From: Paraspadella gotoi
Lineage: Eukaryota; Animalia; Chaetognatha
NCBI GenBank assembly: GCA_051294375.1
Contig: CM119270.1
Span: forward strand, 8,853,213 to 8,917,212
Direction of reading: 5' to 3'
DNA length: 64,000 nt
Position 1 is the first letter of the stretch. Every line of letters starts with the position of its first letter. The notes under the pieces are model-generated. The model did not search any database. It had not been told where the DNA came from and worked only from the letters and a program-made list of their open reading frames with translations. Of this stretch, positions 1 to 12,776 are shown piece after piece. The position numbers and the translations under genes were made by a program.

Positions 1-3000
1 CTCGAAGGCTCTTCGGAGATCCCGGTCGGGATGGACGTCCGGGCGACGAACGATTTGCGAGAAGGCATGAAGGAGAGTTCTAAGATCCTCGTGGGACACA
101 CCGCCGTCAACCACGAAGAGCTTATGGGACCAAGCCTGTGGAAACGAGGTTCTGTTTATCGGAGAAAATATTGTCTTATTCTTACTACTAATTTCTTTCA
201 CTTTCTCATTTTTTTTAAAACATTTCTCTAAAGACTTTGATATTTACATTTTAAATTTAAATTTTATTTCTCTCTGTTATCTCTCTATCCGTACATTTAT
301 TAATTTACACAACCATCCATCCGTGGAAGACGCTTCGCCAGTCCAGCGGATTTTCCTCACCTTGCAAATCTCATCGGCGTGCGCCTCGATATTTTCCACG
401 ATGAATTGACGCCTCTTCGCGTCCAGATGAACACGGTAAAACTTTTTGGACGCGTTTTCGGGTGAGAACAAAGAGGTGGCGCTTCTGTTAGGGAGATGTA
501 AGAAATGAGGGTTGAGCCAATGTGGGAAGAAATGACAAAATAACAAAAACCTAATAAATTCAAATTTAATTTACGTGTTTTCACACAAACTTGAACGGAA
601 AAAATACATATCCAGGAGCATTGAAATTCCGCCATATGCAAACAATGTTTAAATATTCAATCTTGTTTTATTTTTTTTACTTAAAAAAATGAATTGCTCG
701 CTTCTGGGTCGACATAGTGTCTTCCACAATAAGATTTTTAGTTGCGCCGCGAGTACTCGCAGAGCAACTAAGTCACTTTTCGGGTCGGTCTGTCTGTCGG
801 TCTGTCTGTCCGTCCATTTGTCCCACTTATTTTAAAAATGCATATAAGTCGCCTATAGTTGGTTGCTCATTTGTTAAGACAGTCATCTTGTTACCGTGGC
901 GCAACACATTGGAATCACCGTTCTTGTTTTCTATGTTTTCACCTTGATTTATGAGGCGATGTGGAAAGGGAAGAATTTCGAGGCGATGAGGACAAGGGCG
1001 AAGTTTTGTCATCGACAATGGCGCGACCTTTATCGTCTAATTTCGGCATCTTGAGATTTTGAAGATGTCTAAGAATAATTGTAAGTTTACAAATGAAAAA
1101 AAAAGTTCAAATTTAAGCCGTTAAAAAAGTTTAAATTGTTTCATAAGTTGAATTAAGAATATTAGTACGATAGAAGTAAATTCCGAATATAAAGTTTCGT
1201 TTGGCCGTTTACTCTGATTAACAAAACGTAAATTGTTTTCAAAATGGGAAATTAATTCTTGAGCTCACCTGTTTCGCCGCTCCGACAACGGGGCGGAGTC
1301 GGACGCCGTGGAGGAGGCGGTGGAAGCGGCGGCCGTGGCGACGGAATTGGCGTTGGAATCGAGGGTGAAGGAGGCGATGGGCGGACCCATGCAGGACGAC
1401 GAGAACGTCGAAGGAAGAAACTCGGAATTCGATCCTGAAAATATATTTAATAAAACTGGTTTGAAATTCCATATATTATAATTTGTTTAAAAACTAGGGA
1501 ATGTTAAAAATATGAAACTACATCACCCTTGGACCCCAAACCGTAAAGACAGTAATCGAATAAACTTCACACCAAATACAACGACGACGACGACAACTCA
1601 CCAATTTGGACAGGGTCGTCACGAACGATAACAACCGCGAACACCTACCTATTTCCAGGGCACGTTTTTGTCTGGACCAGAACAACTGATACAACATCAT
1701 CAACGACGACGACGACGACGACTACTCACCTGACCGGACGGGACGCTTGGCCGGCGGCGTTGAAGTTGACGACTCACCCGTCCTGACGGGCCGTTTGGCC
1801 GGCGTGACCGGCGTCGACGGGGGCGGGGACGATAGCGGGTCGCTGCTTTGGTTGCTAAGCGACCGTTGAGTGTCCGACACTTTCTTCCCGCGGACGTTGA
1901 CGAAAGGTTCGCGGAGAAGTCCGTCGCAGGTCGGACGCTGCTCGGGATCTGGTTCGAAGCACTTCTTGGCGAAGTCGATGCATTCCTTTTTATAAATAAT
2001 CGGATTCAATAATAGGTTAAGATGGAGGTTTATAAGGTTGTTGACAAAGGATTAGACAAAAAAGTAGACAAATAGAAGCAAAAAAACAAAAAAATCACAT
2101 AAGGATAGGGAAGCCAGGTACTCTGGGAGTAAATAAACGAGACTGTGAGAGAATCTTGATTGAAAGCTTGCAGGAACCTGCTATGTCATTATCTTGTAAG
2201 AGTGATGGAGGCCTTAAACCACCAAAGCCTGTCCAAAGTCAGGGGCAAGATAGCTTATTTATTAAATGAATGGATAATTTTTATATTGGTTTTACCAATT
2301 TCATAAATAAATGAATAAATAAACCTTCCGTTTGAAGTGACAGAGAGGATAGAGGGTCGCCATGCCTCTCTGTGAGTGCGGATAGCCCCCACAGCCCACA
2401 CTTAGTGTGCCCAGTGGGTCTGCCTTGCTTTCCGGAACTTCGGATCCGGCGGTAGGCTTGCTACCGGTAGTTTAACCGGGCCGAAACTCTTTTTGCAAGG
2501 ACTGTTACGACAAGGGCTAGAACCCGTGACTCGGGGCTGATGGAATGAATAGGTAGTGATATTACATCACTACACGTTCATTGAGGCAGATTTTATGATT
2601 CACAAAAAAAACAAAAAAAAAACCAAACAACCATTAAACCAATCACAATAATCAACTTTTTGAAACAAATCCTTTGTTCACAATTTTATTAACAACGTGA
2701 TCCTCTTGACGCAATAAAATAAATACCACCAATGAACCGATCAATCCATTCATTCATTCATTCATTCATTCATTCATTCATTAATCAACCCTACCGATTA
2801 TAAACTAAACAATCCGTCCAATAACCAACCTTGGGTAAATCTTCCGGAATCTCAGGATGGATCTTGAAGTATCCGACTTTGAAGATGGCCGCTTGACCGC
2901 CGATCTCCCGGAAAGGCGGATCTCCGGTAGCCATTTCCACTACAGTGCAGCCCAAAGACCAAATGTCCGCCGGCTTTCCGTAGCCCCTGTATTTGGGAGG

Positions 3001-6000
3001 TTAATAAAATGGTCAATCCGCTGTTTCTGCCATATGGGCCTTCAAGCGTCTAACAAGCATCTCCCTCGCACCTGTGTCCGTTATCAATGACTTCGGGCGC
3101 CATGTACTGCATGGTTCCGGTGAAGGTCTCCGCCTTCATGGCGGTAATGCCCGAGAGTCGACGGGACGTTCCAAAGTCGGAGATCTTGACGGTTCCATCA
3201 TAAGTGTTGACGAGAATGTTGGCTCCTTTAATGTCGCGGTGGACGATGTTGTTGTCGTGCAAATACCTGGAAAATAATTTATTAATAGAAGAGTGATATT
3301 ATGGTTCATTTTAAGAAATTTTATATAAATTATATTTTTTACAAATTATTTTCAAGACTTACTGCAGCCCCGAGAGGATTTGTCGAGTGTAGTTGGCGAT
3401 GAGATTTGGTTTTGTCATCAAAGGCCCGAACTTTTTCCTCAACAGCGTCGCCAGCGACCCGCCGGGAATGTGCTCCATGAAGATCTTCAGGTATCTGAAG
3501 GAAATTTTAATTTCTTAAAACTGTCAAAATTTTGATTTTTAATTTTATTTTCATTTTGCCAGTAAAAAAAAGAATTTAACAAATTAACAAGTAGATAGTT
3601 TTTCAAACATTTTGAATATTAAGCAAACAGGTTTATTGAATGAACACATTCTATGGATAAGTTTGATCACTGAACAAGGTTGATGAATAAGTTTGAGACA
3701 CGAACGAAGGACTTTTTCATTAAACTAACCCGTCCTCGATGAGCGAACCAAAGTAACGAACGATGTTTTTGTGATTGAGTTTCGAGTGAAGTTGAATCTC
3801 TTGATCGATTCGATGTTCGTCGCCGCCGAGTTGCTCTAACTTGAGTTCCTAAGAAAAATTAAAAAAGTTCGCCTAAAAATTAATAAAATTTATATAAATT
3901 TAAACAAAGGACGGTCGGCTGTTAAAATCACCTTTATCGCGATTTCCATGCCTTTGTTGTCGTCCCTACCAGCGAAGACGACCCCGTAGGTTCCTTTTCC
4001 CAGTTCCACTTTTTTTCCTTTTTCGTCGGTGACGTAAGAGAATTGCATTTCCTCCGCCCCTGCCTCGTCCATCAGGTACTGAAACATATGGAGGGGGTGG
4101 CGATGGGGGACGTGAGATAAAGAGATGAAATTATCTGCGTTTCCATGAAGGCGAGAAAAATGTTTTAAAAAAAAGACACTGACAGACAACTTGATCTTAA
4201 GAACAAAGAAAATAGTAAAAGTAAAAGATTGTGAATTAAAACTAAAAAGACACCTACATTTAAAAAGATAGGCAAACTGGCATGCAGGATGGGAGACAAC
4301 AAAACGGGCATATTAAGACCTGCATGTCTTCAGTGAAATTCTTGAGGAGTTCCGAAAAGGCGTCTTTCTGAGCGGGCGAAGGAAAGAAGAGCGGAAAATC
4401 GTCGGCTGAGTCGTTGACGTAAAGGAAGAGGCATCTTGAAAAGAGTGGACGAAATGTTAAGGCAAATGGAAAGTTATCTCGCTGCAAAATTACTGGATGA
4501 TCGAAATCACTTATCGAGATGTACGAAATATTGAGTGAAAATAAATACATATTGTTCATGATTTTTTTTCAACTTTGGACCAATAAAGAACCCATGATGA
4601 ATCTTGAGCGAGTTTTTCAATAGCCCATTCCCTCTGTAACGGATGTTTTTTTATCATATTATTAAACAAGATTTAGTACTTAAATCTTATTTGCATATAG
4701 TAGTAAATGAATTAAAATGTCATCAGTTCGTGTTCTTCTACCCCCTAACCTGTCGTCCTGAGTGTTGGGCTGAATCCCTTTGATGTTGGAGGCGGTGATC
4801 TTCCACTCGTGCAGGGGATTCCCTTTGGCCACCCAAGCGTGCCACAGCTGGACCGACTTCTCCTCCGCCTCCAAGTTTACGCTCACATAAGAGGGGATGA
4901 ACTCGCGGTGGGGCTCCATGATGAGGACGGGGAATCGAACGGACCGTTGATGGTGCTCGTCCGAGGTGGCCACGACGAAGAACTCCAACCACCACTGGAG
5001 GATTATTTGGGGAGGGGAGAGATGCGCTTTGTGGTGAATGAGGAAGAGGAGATAGAAGGAGAGGTTGAGGGGATAAGGTTAAGGGGATATATAGGGAGCG
5101 AAGGAGGGGAATGAAAGGGGGAAAAGAGAAAGAAAGAAAAAAAGAAAGAAAAACTCAAATCCTTCCTAATCTAATGAGTCGGGGGCAAAGAAAAACGAAA
5201 AAAAAAAAAACCAAATATCAAACGAAGAAAAAAACGGATCACCTGAAAGAGTACGCTGTCCCTCTCAACCGACTTAGACTCTGACGCCCTCTTCTGGTTG
5301 TCGTCCTCTTTGCTTCGTCTGATCTTTTCGATCAACGCGATGTTGACCATCATCGACTTCAGCTGCCAGATCTGAGGATTGAGCCGGAACATCTGTTCCG
5401 AGGCCTGGATGGCCTTCGTGTAGTTTTTGGCCAGGACTGAGATCTCGAAGAAAGTGGCCACGTCCCAGTAGTCCTTTAGAGGGTAGAAAAGAGGGGATGG
5501 GCGGATTTTTATTGAAGTTTAAATTATTTAAGATTTTATTCATAATTTAACTAATTGAATTTAATGAATGATTGAACAAATTTTAAAATACAATCTTTGT
5601 TTTTGAAACGTTCATAAATTTATTCACATACGTAAGAACGTGTGTAAATAAAGTCAATAAACTAGATATCAAATCGGAGCGAACACACCTTTACTGATGT
5701 CATTTTGTATTTATAAATGCAAACGACATTAGATTGTGGCAATTTTCCGGTGCGAAAGAAATCGAAGAGAAGCAAACAAAAGATAAAGAATCGCGTTCAA
5801 CACGGGAAAAAATCTGAAGAGGGCGCTGGTTATTTTTAGAATCGCCGCGTTAAACAGAACAGAGTGGGAGAGAGAGTGGGAGAGAGAGAGAGAGAGAGAG
5901 AGATAGAGAGAGCGGGATAGACACGATCTTAGGGCGAATGACAAACGATCTATTTTTAGAAACAATTGCCGATTTAAAAACATCAACCTAATGAAAAAAG

Positions 6001-9000
6001 GGATAAATTCGGGATTTGACTGAAGATAAAAATGAAAAAGCTGAATAGAAAAAATGAGGAATAAGGAATTGATGAAGAAGACTTTTGAAATGTTTAAAGA
6101 AAAAAAAAGAATGTAATAGATTCTCATTAAAGATTGACCCATATTTTAACGACATTCTAACGCTTGTCGTCGTTTTGTGATGGTATCTCTGTTGTGGTCG
6201 CCCAAAATGGCAATTTACACATCAACATCGACGGCAAAAAAAAAAAAAAATTCAGTAGCATAAAATACTACACAATGCAATTTAATAAATCTAAAAATAA
6301 CAACCTTGAGAGTCTCCAGCGCCCCTTTTCTTCCAATGATGCTGTTGAGAGTCATGAATACTTTGGTCAACTCGGGAGAGTCTTCTCCTTCTTTGCCGCT
6401 GACGACCATGAGAGTCGCCAGGTTGATTCCCGCGTAGGCAGAGTCAGGCTCCATTTCGAAACCGCGTTTATACCTTAGGGTGGTAATTTGGGACTTAGTC
6501 TGGCTTGCGGTTGAGAAAGTAGTTAGGGTGGCTGGCAGTTAAAAATTAATTATATAGTAGATGTTACCATAAAACTAACCTTATGGTTTTTTGAATAGTT
6601 AGTTAACTCAAGCGAAATCATTTCAAAACCTAGCAATTATTAAATTAGGCATTGAACCAACTAAAGATAATTTCCATATTTCTAATAAAAAGGGGCATAA
6701 TTTTTTTTCATGGATTAAAAAGACCCAATTCTAATTATATTTATCTTTCGTACTAACCAATTAGTGGCCTCGTTTCTGGCGGCCAAATCAGTGTAATCGC
6801 TGTCGGTGAATTTGTCCTTGTAGATTCTCCCCAAAAGGCAGAGGAGATCGAAAGAGACCTGCGTAAGCTAAAGATATTCTTCATCGTTATTTGGCCTTTG
6901 TTGCTCGCGCTCTAGGGCATTGGACACCAACGGTGAGTCTTTGTCCCCAAATTTAAATTGAATACTAATTTTATTAGCAAAGTCTGGTTAAAGGCTGTGG
7001 TTTGCTGTGGTGTGAGTTTGTTAGTGCGTCATCTTATTACTTGGTTAACAATTACCCAACACCACCGCTTTTTGGATCAAAGGCTGATATGTAAACATTT
7101 TTTTTAATTTCAAAGCTTTCTGCTACACCTTTCCGGCACATCCTATTATATATGCCAAACAACGCAAATAACACATATATATATATATGTATATATAAAA
7201 AGACTAACGGGTGCGCGAATGAGCGGACGGGCGGCTGAAAACTTACCAAAAATCCGTCCTTTTCCGCCTTTTCCACCGACTTCTTGGCCACCTTCAGCGC
7301 TTTGTCCGTGTCACCCGGTTTTTTTCGTCGGTTCAGCGAAAACGCGTACAGGTACGTCAGATATTCTGTCTTCTCGTACGCACAACCCTCGATGTTGCTG
7401 AAAACGTGATTTGTGAAAGATTTTTTTTCTTATGAATAGCATTCAAAATTTTAAATTTATCGCTAATATCCCTGGTGTTCTACTCACTGGTTTTATACAT
7501 CCCTCTCTCTACAAAAAATTTCGTCTCTTCAACTTCTTTGCCACAAGTCATTCTTTATCTCACGCTCTCTCTTTTTTCAACGTTCAAAGTAGTTACTTTC
7601 TGTACCTCCCGAAACGCCCTAAATTATAAAAAGGACTAACTCTCATCATTTCAGTACTTTCCCTAAAGGTCCTTAACTATAAAAAAATTTTAGACTCCTT
7701 CCCCATTGATAGAAGAGCGAGAGAAAAAAAAAGAAAAAGAGAACCTGAGAACCTGAGTATTTGACAGATTAATTTGATGGATATGATTGATTCAAATAAT
7801 TTAATTGATTCGAATTATTTTTATTGATTTAATTGACTATTGATTGATTGATTGATTGATTGATTCACGCCTTTCGACACCTTAGAGACGCCGTGCTCTC
7901 GTACAACTCCACCATGCTGTCGTAGTCCTGCACATCTCTGAAGGCCAAGAGAATGCCCAGCACGATGTCGGTGGAGAGCAGTTGGGGGTCGTCCAGTTCA
8001 CGCCGCTTTGCCTGGGGGGGGGGTTGCTCGATAATAATATACAAAATCATTGCGCACTTTTTTGTACAATTCTTTTTTTCAAAAAAGAATTTCGTAGCCA
8101 TATGGAATGAGAAAAAGTAGAAAATAGACGGGTCTTTCATCATAGTAAAATCAAAGAGAGAGAGAGAAAGAAAGAGAGAGAGAGAGAGAGTTCTATCATT
8201 TCGTTGAAACTCGAGAAAAATCTTCCCTTTTTATGCCTAAACGAGCGAACAATAAACATTTCTCTTTTTCTCAAAGAAAAACTTTCGAAATGTATTTGAT
8301 CTCTTTCTCCCTCTTTCTCTTTTAATAATTTTATCTCCAAGAGAAGATTATTTTTTCGCTCATAATGAGATTATATAAGAATTTTTGTTACTGAGGTTTA
8401 ACATCCGAAACGCATCGATTTTAAGTAAATAAGGGGCGATGGAAAAAAACAGTATGAGAGTAACCCAATGTTTTAACAAAACTTTCAATCCCGTTCATTT
8501 CTCCCATTTTTTTAGCTTGAACCAGGCATTGGTTCCACAAGAGTCTGCGGGGTCACTGACTTTTTAAGTTGTTTGTTCGACCGAATGTGTTACTTTATCT
8601 GGTTCCGGGATGATCAAACTCGTTCAGCATCAACTCAGTTTTTTTGTTTTGTTTTTTATGTTTGTTTTAGTTTTTTTTTCTAAAACTGCTTCTGCACCCA
8701 ATCCTTTCATTTTGAGCATTTTCTTTTCATATTTATTTTCCTTTTTTTAGTGGACAAACGAACTTTAACAAAATCCCTTAATTTTCATTTTAAACTTTGA
8801 TTTTATATATATATATACGTTTCCTTTGTTCATTAAATCATTCCCCACCTTCAGTTTTTCTCGCAACTCCGTGTCCTTGCCCTTGTAGACTTCGATGAGG
8901 TTGTTGAGATCCTGCTTGAACTTCTCCCTGACGTGGTTGTTGCGGTAGAGCTCCATCTCGCCGAGGGTCTTGGCCACCGCCACTTCGAGGGTCTTGAGCC

Positions 9001-12000
9001 AGACCCCGCCCCCGGGTTCGATGGCGCAGCAGGTCCGTTTTTCGGGGTGGACTCTGAGAAAAATGATGAGAAATGGCGGGGAGGGGGGAAGAAATGTGTT
9101 TTTTATATTTTTTTTTAAAGTTGACTAAGAAGACGAATCATAACAAGGAACCGAATAGACATCCGGAATATTTACGGTTTCTCTAGACTTTAAAACTAAC
9201 AGATAAATTTTGAAGATCAGTTCATTACAGTTTTCGAGGGGATAGAGAAAAAATAGATAAGCTACAAAAGAAAACTTAAAAAGATAGAAAACAAATATAG
9301 TAAGAAAAGTAGAATGAGACAAAAGATAAATTGTTTACGGAGAAGCTGATAAATCGAAACTTCCGGGAGGCGTGGGAAAAATGGATGTAAACTGTAAAAG
9401 CCTTTTAAATGGATGTTTTGAAACAAAAACATATTAAAAAAAAAAAAAAATTATAGCGTAAACTTTATCATTAACGCGAACTGAAGTGAAAAAAAAATTA
9501 AGATGGAAAAAAAAATATTTTAGTTGGATCTGGAACTATTGCCGATACTTTTTTTCCCCTTTTTTGTTTTGTTTTGATTCATTTAGTCGAACCGGAAACT
9601 TTTTCCAGATGAAAAGAAGTTTCCTTTTTTTAAAACTTGATTCGTTTAAAAAAAAATATGTTTAACATCCAAAACCTATCAGATTAAATCATTAAAATAG
9701 CTTTAACTGTTCGACGAAACGTTTGTCTCACCCATAAGCAATGAAAACGTTCTGCTTGATCGCGTGGGCGCTCGGTGCCGTCGCCGTGTACTTGGGATGG
9801 TTGGGTTTTCTCTCCGGTTTAGGATGATTGGTGTGCGTATTTTGCGAACTGTGAGTGTTGGTGATGATGGAACGGAGATCTTGACTCTTCTTTCCGTCCG
9901 TGTCGTGGCAGATGATGATCGCTTGGTTCATGTTCATACTTTCACGAACGCCTGGAAGGAAAAAAAGAAAAGTTGATTTAAATATTTTTTTAAAAAATTA
10001 AAGGATAATAAAAATCGGAGAAGATATTAGCAGGATGAATTTTTACGACCTACAAACCGTAGGAACGTTTAAGTTACTGTCATGAAAAAAGTTTTTTAGT
10101 TCATGTAAACAAAAACAATTTGTCTTTTAGTTTTAGCTTATTTGGCCATTTAGCCTTTAGCGTGTGGAACGCCGTTGTAAGAAGGTCCAATTAGCGTTGG
10201 GGATGGCACGGATTCGTTTCTGGAAAAAGTCGAAACGACATGAAAGTTTTTCAAAGTCCCATCCTTTCAGTTTTCTCTCCACAATAATTTTTTTACTTTT
10301 TCTAATTTTTTATTTTATTATAAAGCTTTTATTGTTCTTCCATGTCAGCTCCGTATTTTAATTTTATACGTGAGTTTAAACAAACAAATAGAAAATAATT
10401 AACAAATACGGAAGGCTGATAAAGAGGCTTATGTTTTACTTATGTACGATACATTTAATAAAAACAGCATTTTCGGTTTTTTTTCATTTTATTTGAGGTC
10501 TTCTATGAATACATCCAATTTTAAAAATGAAATTGTAATTTGTTGAAACAAAAAAGCGTGGATCGTCGTTCTCTTTGATTCCTAGTCAAGCCAAGCGATG
10601 TGCACATTTGCAAGAGCGAAATGTCGTCATATCCTGTAACTTCGATTGGTTGGCACATGCAAAGTTTCAGCCAATGAAGTCTCGCGAAATAAAGGCAAAA
10701 ATTCGCGTACATCAGAGGAAGGGAAGAAAACAGAAAGGCGAAGAAAAATGGAGGTGAGCGGTATTCCGTTAAGACGGCGACAATAATGTATGACAAGAAA
10801 TTTGTGAAAGAAATAAAAAAGTATTCAACAAAAAAAAAATAGAATCAGAAAAGATATATACTAGAAAAAAAAAAAAATAGAATCAGAAAAGATATATACT
10901 AGAAAAAAAAAAATTAAAAAGACGTGAAGAGAGAGAAAGTAAATAAGATAAAATATGATGAAATATTATACCACTTCATTGTTAGGGAAGCCAGGTACTC
11001 TGGGAGTGAATAAACGAGACTGTGAGAGAGTCTTAATTGAAAGCTTGCCAGGACCTGCTATGTCATTATCTTGTAAGAGTGATGGAGGCCTTAAACCACC
11101 AAAGCCTGTCCAAAGTCAGGGGCAAGATAGCTTATTTATTAAATGATTGGATAATTTTTATATTGGTTGTACCAATTTCATATATAACACGTATAAAAAG
11201 CATAAAAAAGAGATGTAAGTTACCTGTGTGATAAAAGAGCACCCTCTGCTGGGGATGCCCGGTCATGTCGACGACGACGACGTCCGCGTTGTAGAAAGAG
11301 TCGAGGGAATCTCTGACGCCGTAGTCGAGTCGTGCGAAGTCGACGCCTTCCCATCTGAGAAGGAAGTGATGTGGTTGATGGAGTCATTTGAGACTCAAAC
11401 TACTACATCAGGTTGCCACGGGTGGCGTCGAAGGTGGCAAAATCGTCGTGGTCTTTGACTAACTTGAATTGGTGTTGCTTGCAGGCGGCTTCCACCGCGT
11501 CCGCTGCCAGCTTCTGGGCCTCCGAATCCCGAGGAATCACGTAGGCCACTTTGAGCTGAGGTTTTCGGGAGCGAGAGTGCCTAGGGGAGGGGGGGGGGAG
11601 GGTTTCGGGGATGTGGTCATCAATTGCGTGAGAACAGCTGACATTGGTTAAATATCCCTCGAGAGTAGAAAACTACGTACTGTGCTTCTATAACCATAAT
11701 AAAATAACTCGGAACCATTTGTTCTCTGAAAGACATTTTAGTTTCGTCTATAACAAAGTAAGCAAACATAAATCGCTCTCGCTGCTTGGGTTTTCTTTCA
11801 GCTTTGATTATTAGAAGTAGATTCCAAAGATCGAGGAGGGAAAGAAAAAAAAAGATTAGTTTTTTATTTTCGGTTCAGAGTCCGTGATCAAAGAAGGATA
11901 AGCCGGATCTATGAATTTCTTTATGTCTTTGACGTTCGCTCTTTCTTTATTTCTCTCTATCTTTGATGAAAAAAACAAAACAGTAAACTAAATATTTTAA

Positions 12001-12776
12001 TTTCCTTAACAAATCTTAAAATTTTTTTTACCAGAAAACGATTTTGTACGGTTATTTCTACTCCGCTCCCAGCCTCAATATCGGATTTATTAGCTGATTT
12101 TAAATCTGCATACTTCGATTTGAAATAAAATTTGTGTACTGCAATTCTACTTAATTTGTAAAGTTAAAATATAAACGTGTAATTAGACTAAACTCGCAAG
12201 ACGGAATTGAAACTTATCTATTTCAAGTTTTTTATAAATATTTTCTGTTATTATTTTTTGAAGGGGACTTAAGTGGATGAAAAGGTTAATTTTGGATGTG
12301 CTTAAAATATTTAAGTGCCTTTTAAGATTCAAAATGAGATAAAATCGAACAAAGAGCTTCAATTCTCATAAATTTACTAGACCAAGGACAGAAGAGGCGA
12401 TATACGATGACAATGTTGAAAGAAAGAAGTAAAAGACAGAAAGAGATAAAACAAAGAGAAAAAAAAGAGAAAAATAATGAGAAAGAAAAAGAGAAATAAA
12501 GATAGAAAAAGAAAGACAGAAAGCAAGTAACAAAGAAAAAAGAGAAAAAGAAACGAAGTGAATGCCTAATTTTCTAGGTGTGATAAATCTCAGATTTCAA
12601 CTTCCTTTTTTTTCATTGCCACTCCCCACTCACCCCGGGTTCTTGCTGGGCACAGGGCTTCCGTGCCTGGAATTGCCCGCCTGATCCATGAGGAAGCTGC
12701 CCCTGCGGCTGTCCTGACTCCTGCTGGGGCTGCGGCTGCGAGAGACGCCGTTCAGAGTTTGTCCCGTCGAAGTCAT
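1..12776 (-). CDS. MAP3K5: ASK1-family MAP3K (MAP3K5/MAP3K15/NSY-1 like), multi-exon, 3' end beyond the window start. Approx. exons: 12634-12776, 11464-11580, 11224-11354, 9732-9951, 8849-9053, ~7869-8011, ~7246-7398, ~6758-6858, 6305-6473, 5243-5474, ~4750-4994, 4320-4434, 3932-4078, 3730-3848, ~3362-3495, ~3071-3266, 2830-2987, ~1730-1987, ~1270-1435, ~311-484, 1-135
   Basis: Spliced translation gives ASK1 hallmarks: [143 protein letters not shown] phases are consistent for the first five exons. Confidence 0.95.
736..900 (+). mobile_element. DINE-1/HINE-like (Helentron-associated) non-autonomous repeat fragment; related copies on minus at ~52610-52790 and ~57650-57735
   Basis: TTTTAGTTGCG..GCAACT hairpin followed by a GTCT/GTCC microsatellite. 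Blocks GCGCCGCGAGTA, TGTCCCAC and AAAATGCATATAA.TCGCC.TATAGTTG are shared with the reverse complement of 52610-52790. Confidence 0.55.
2106..2305 (+). repeat. ~200 bp interspersed repeat, copy 1 (others at 10983-11183, partial 51937-52034, diverged inverted 26734-26839)
   Basis: Near-identical TAGGGAAGCCAGGTACTCTGGGAGT...CCAATTTCATA at 2106 and 10983. Confidence 0.9.
10983..11183 (+). repeat. ~200 bp interspersed repeat, copy 2
   Basis: Direct match to 2106-2305. Confidence 0.9.
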
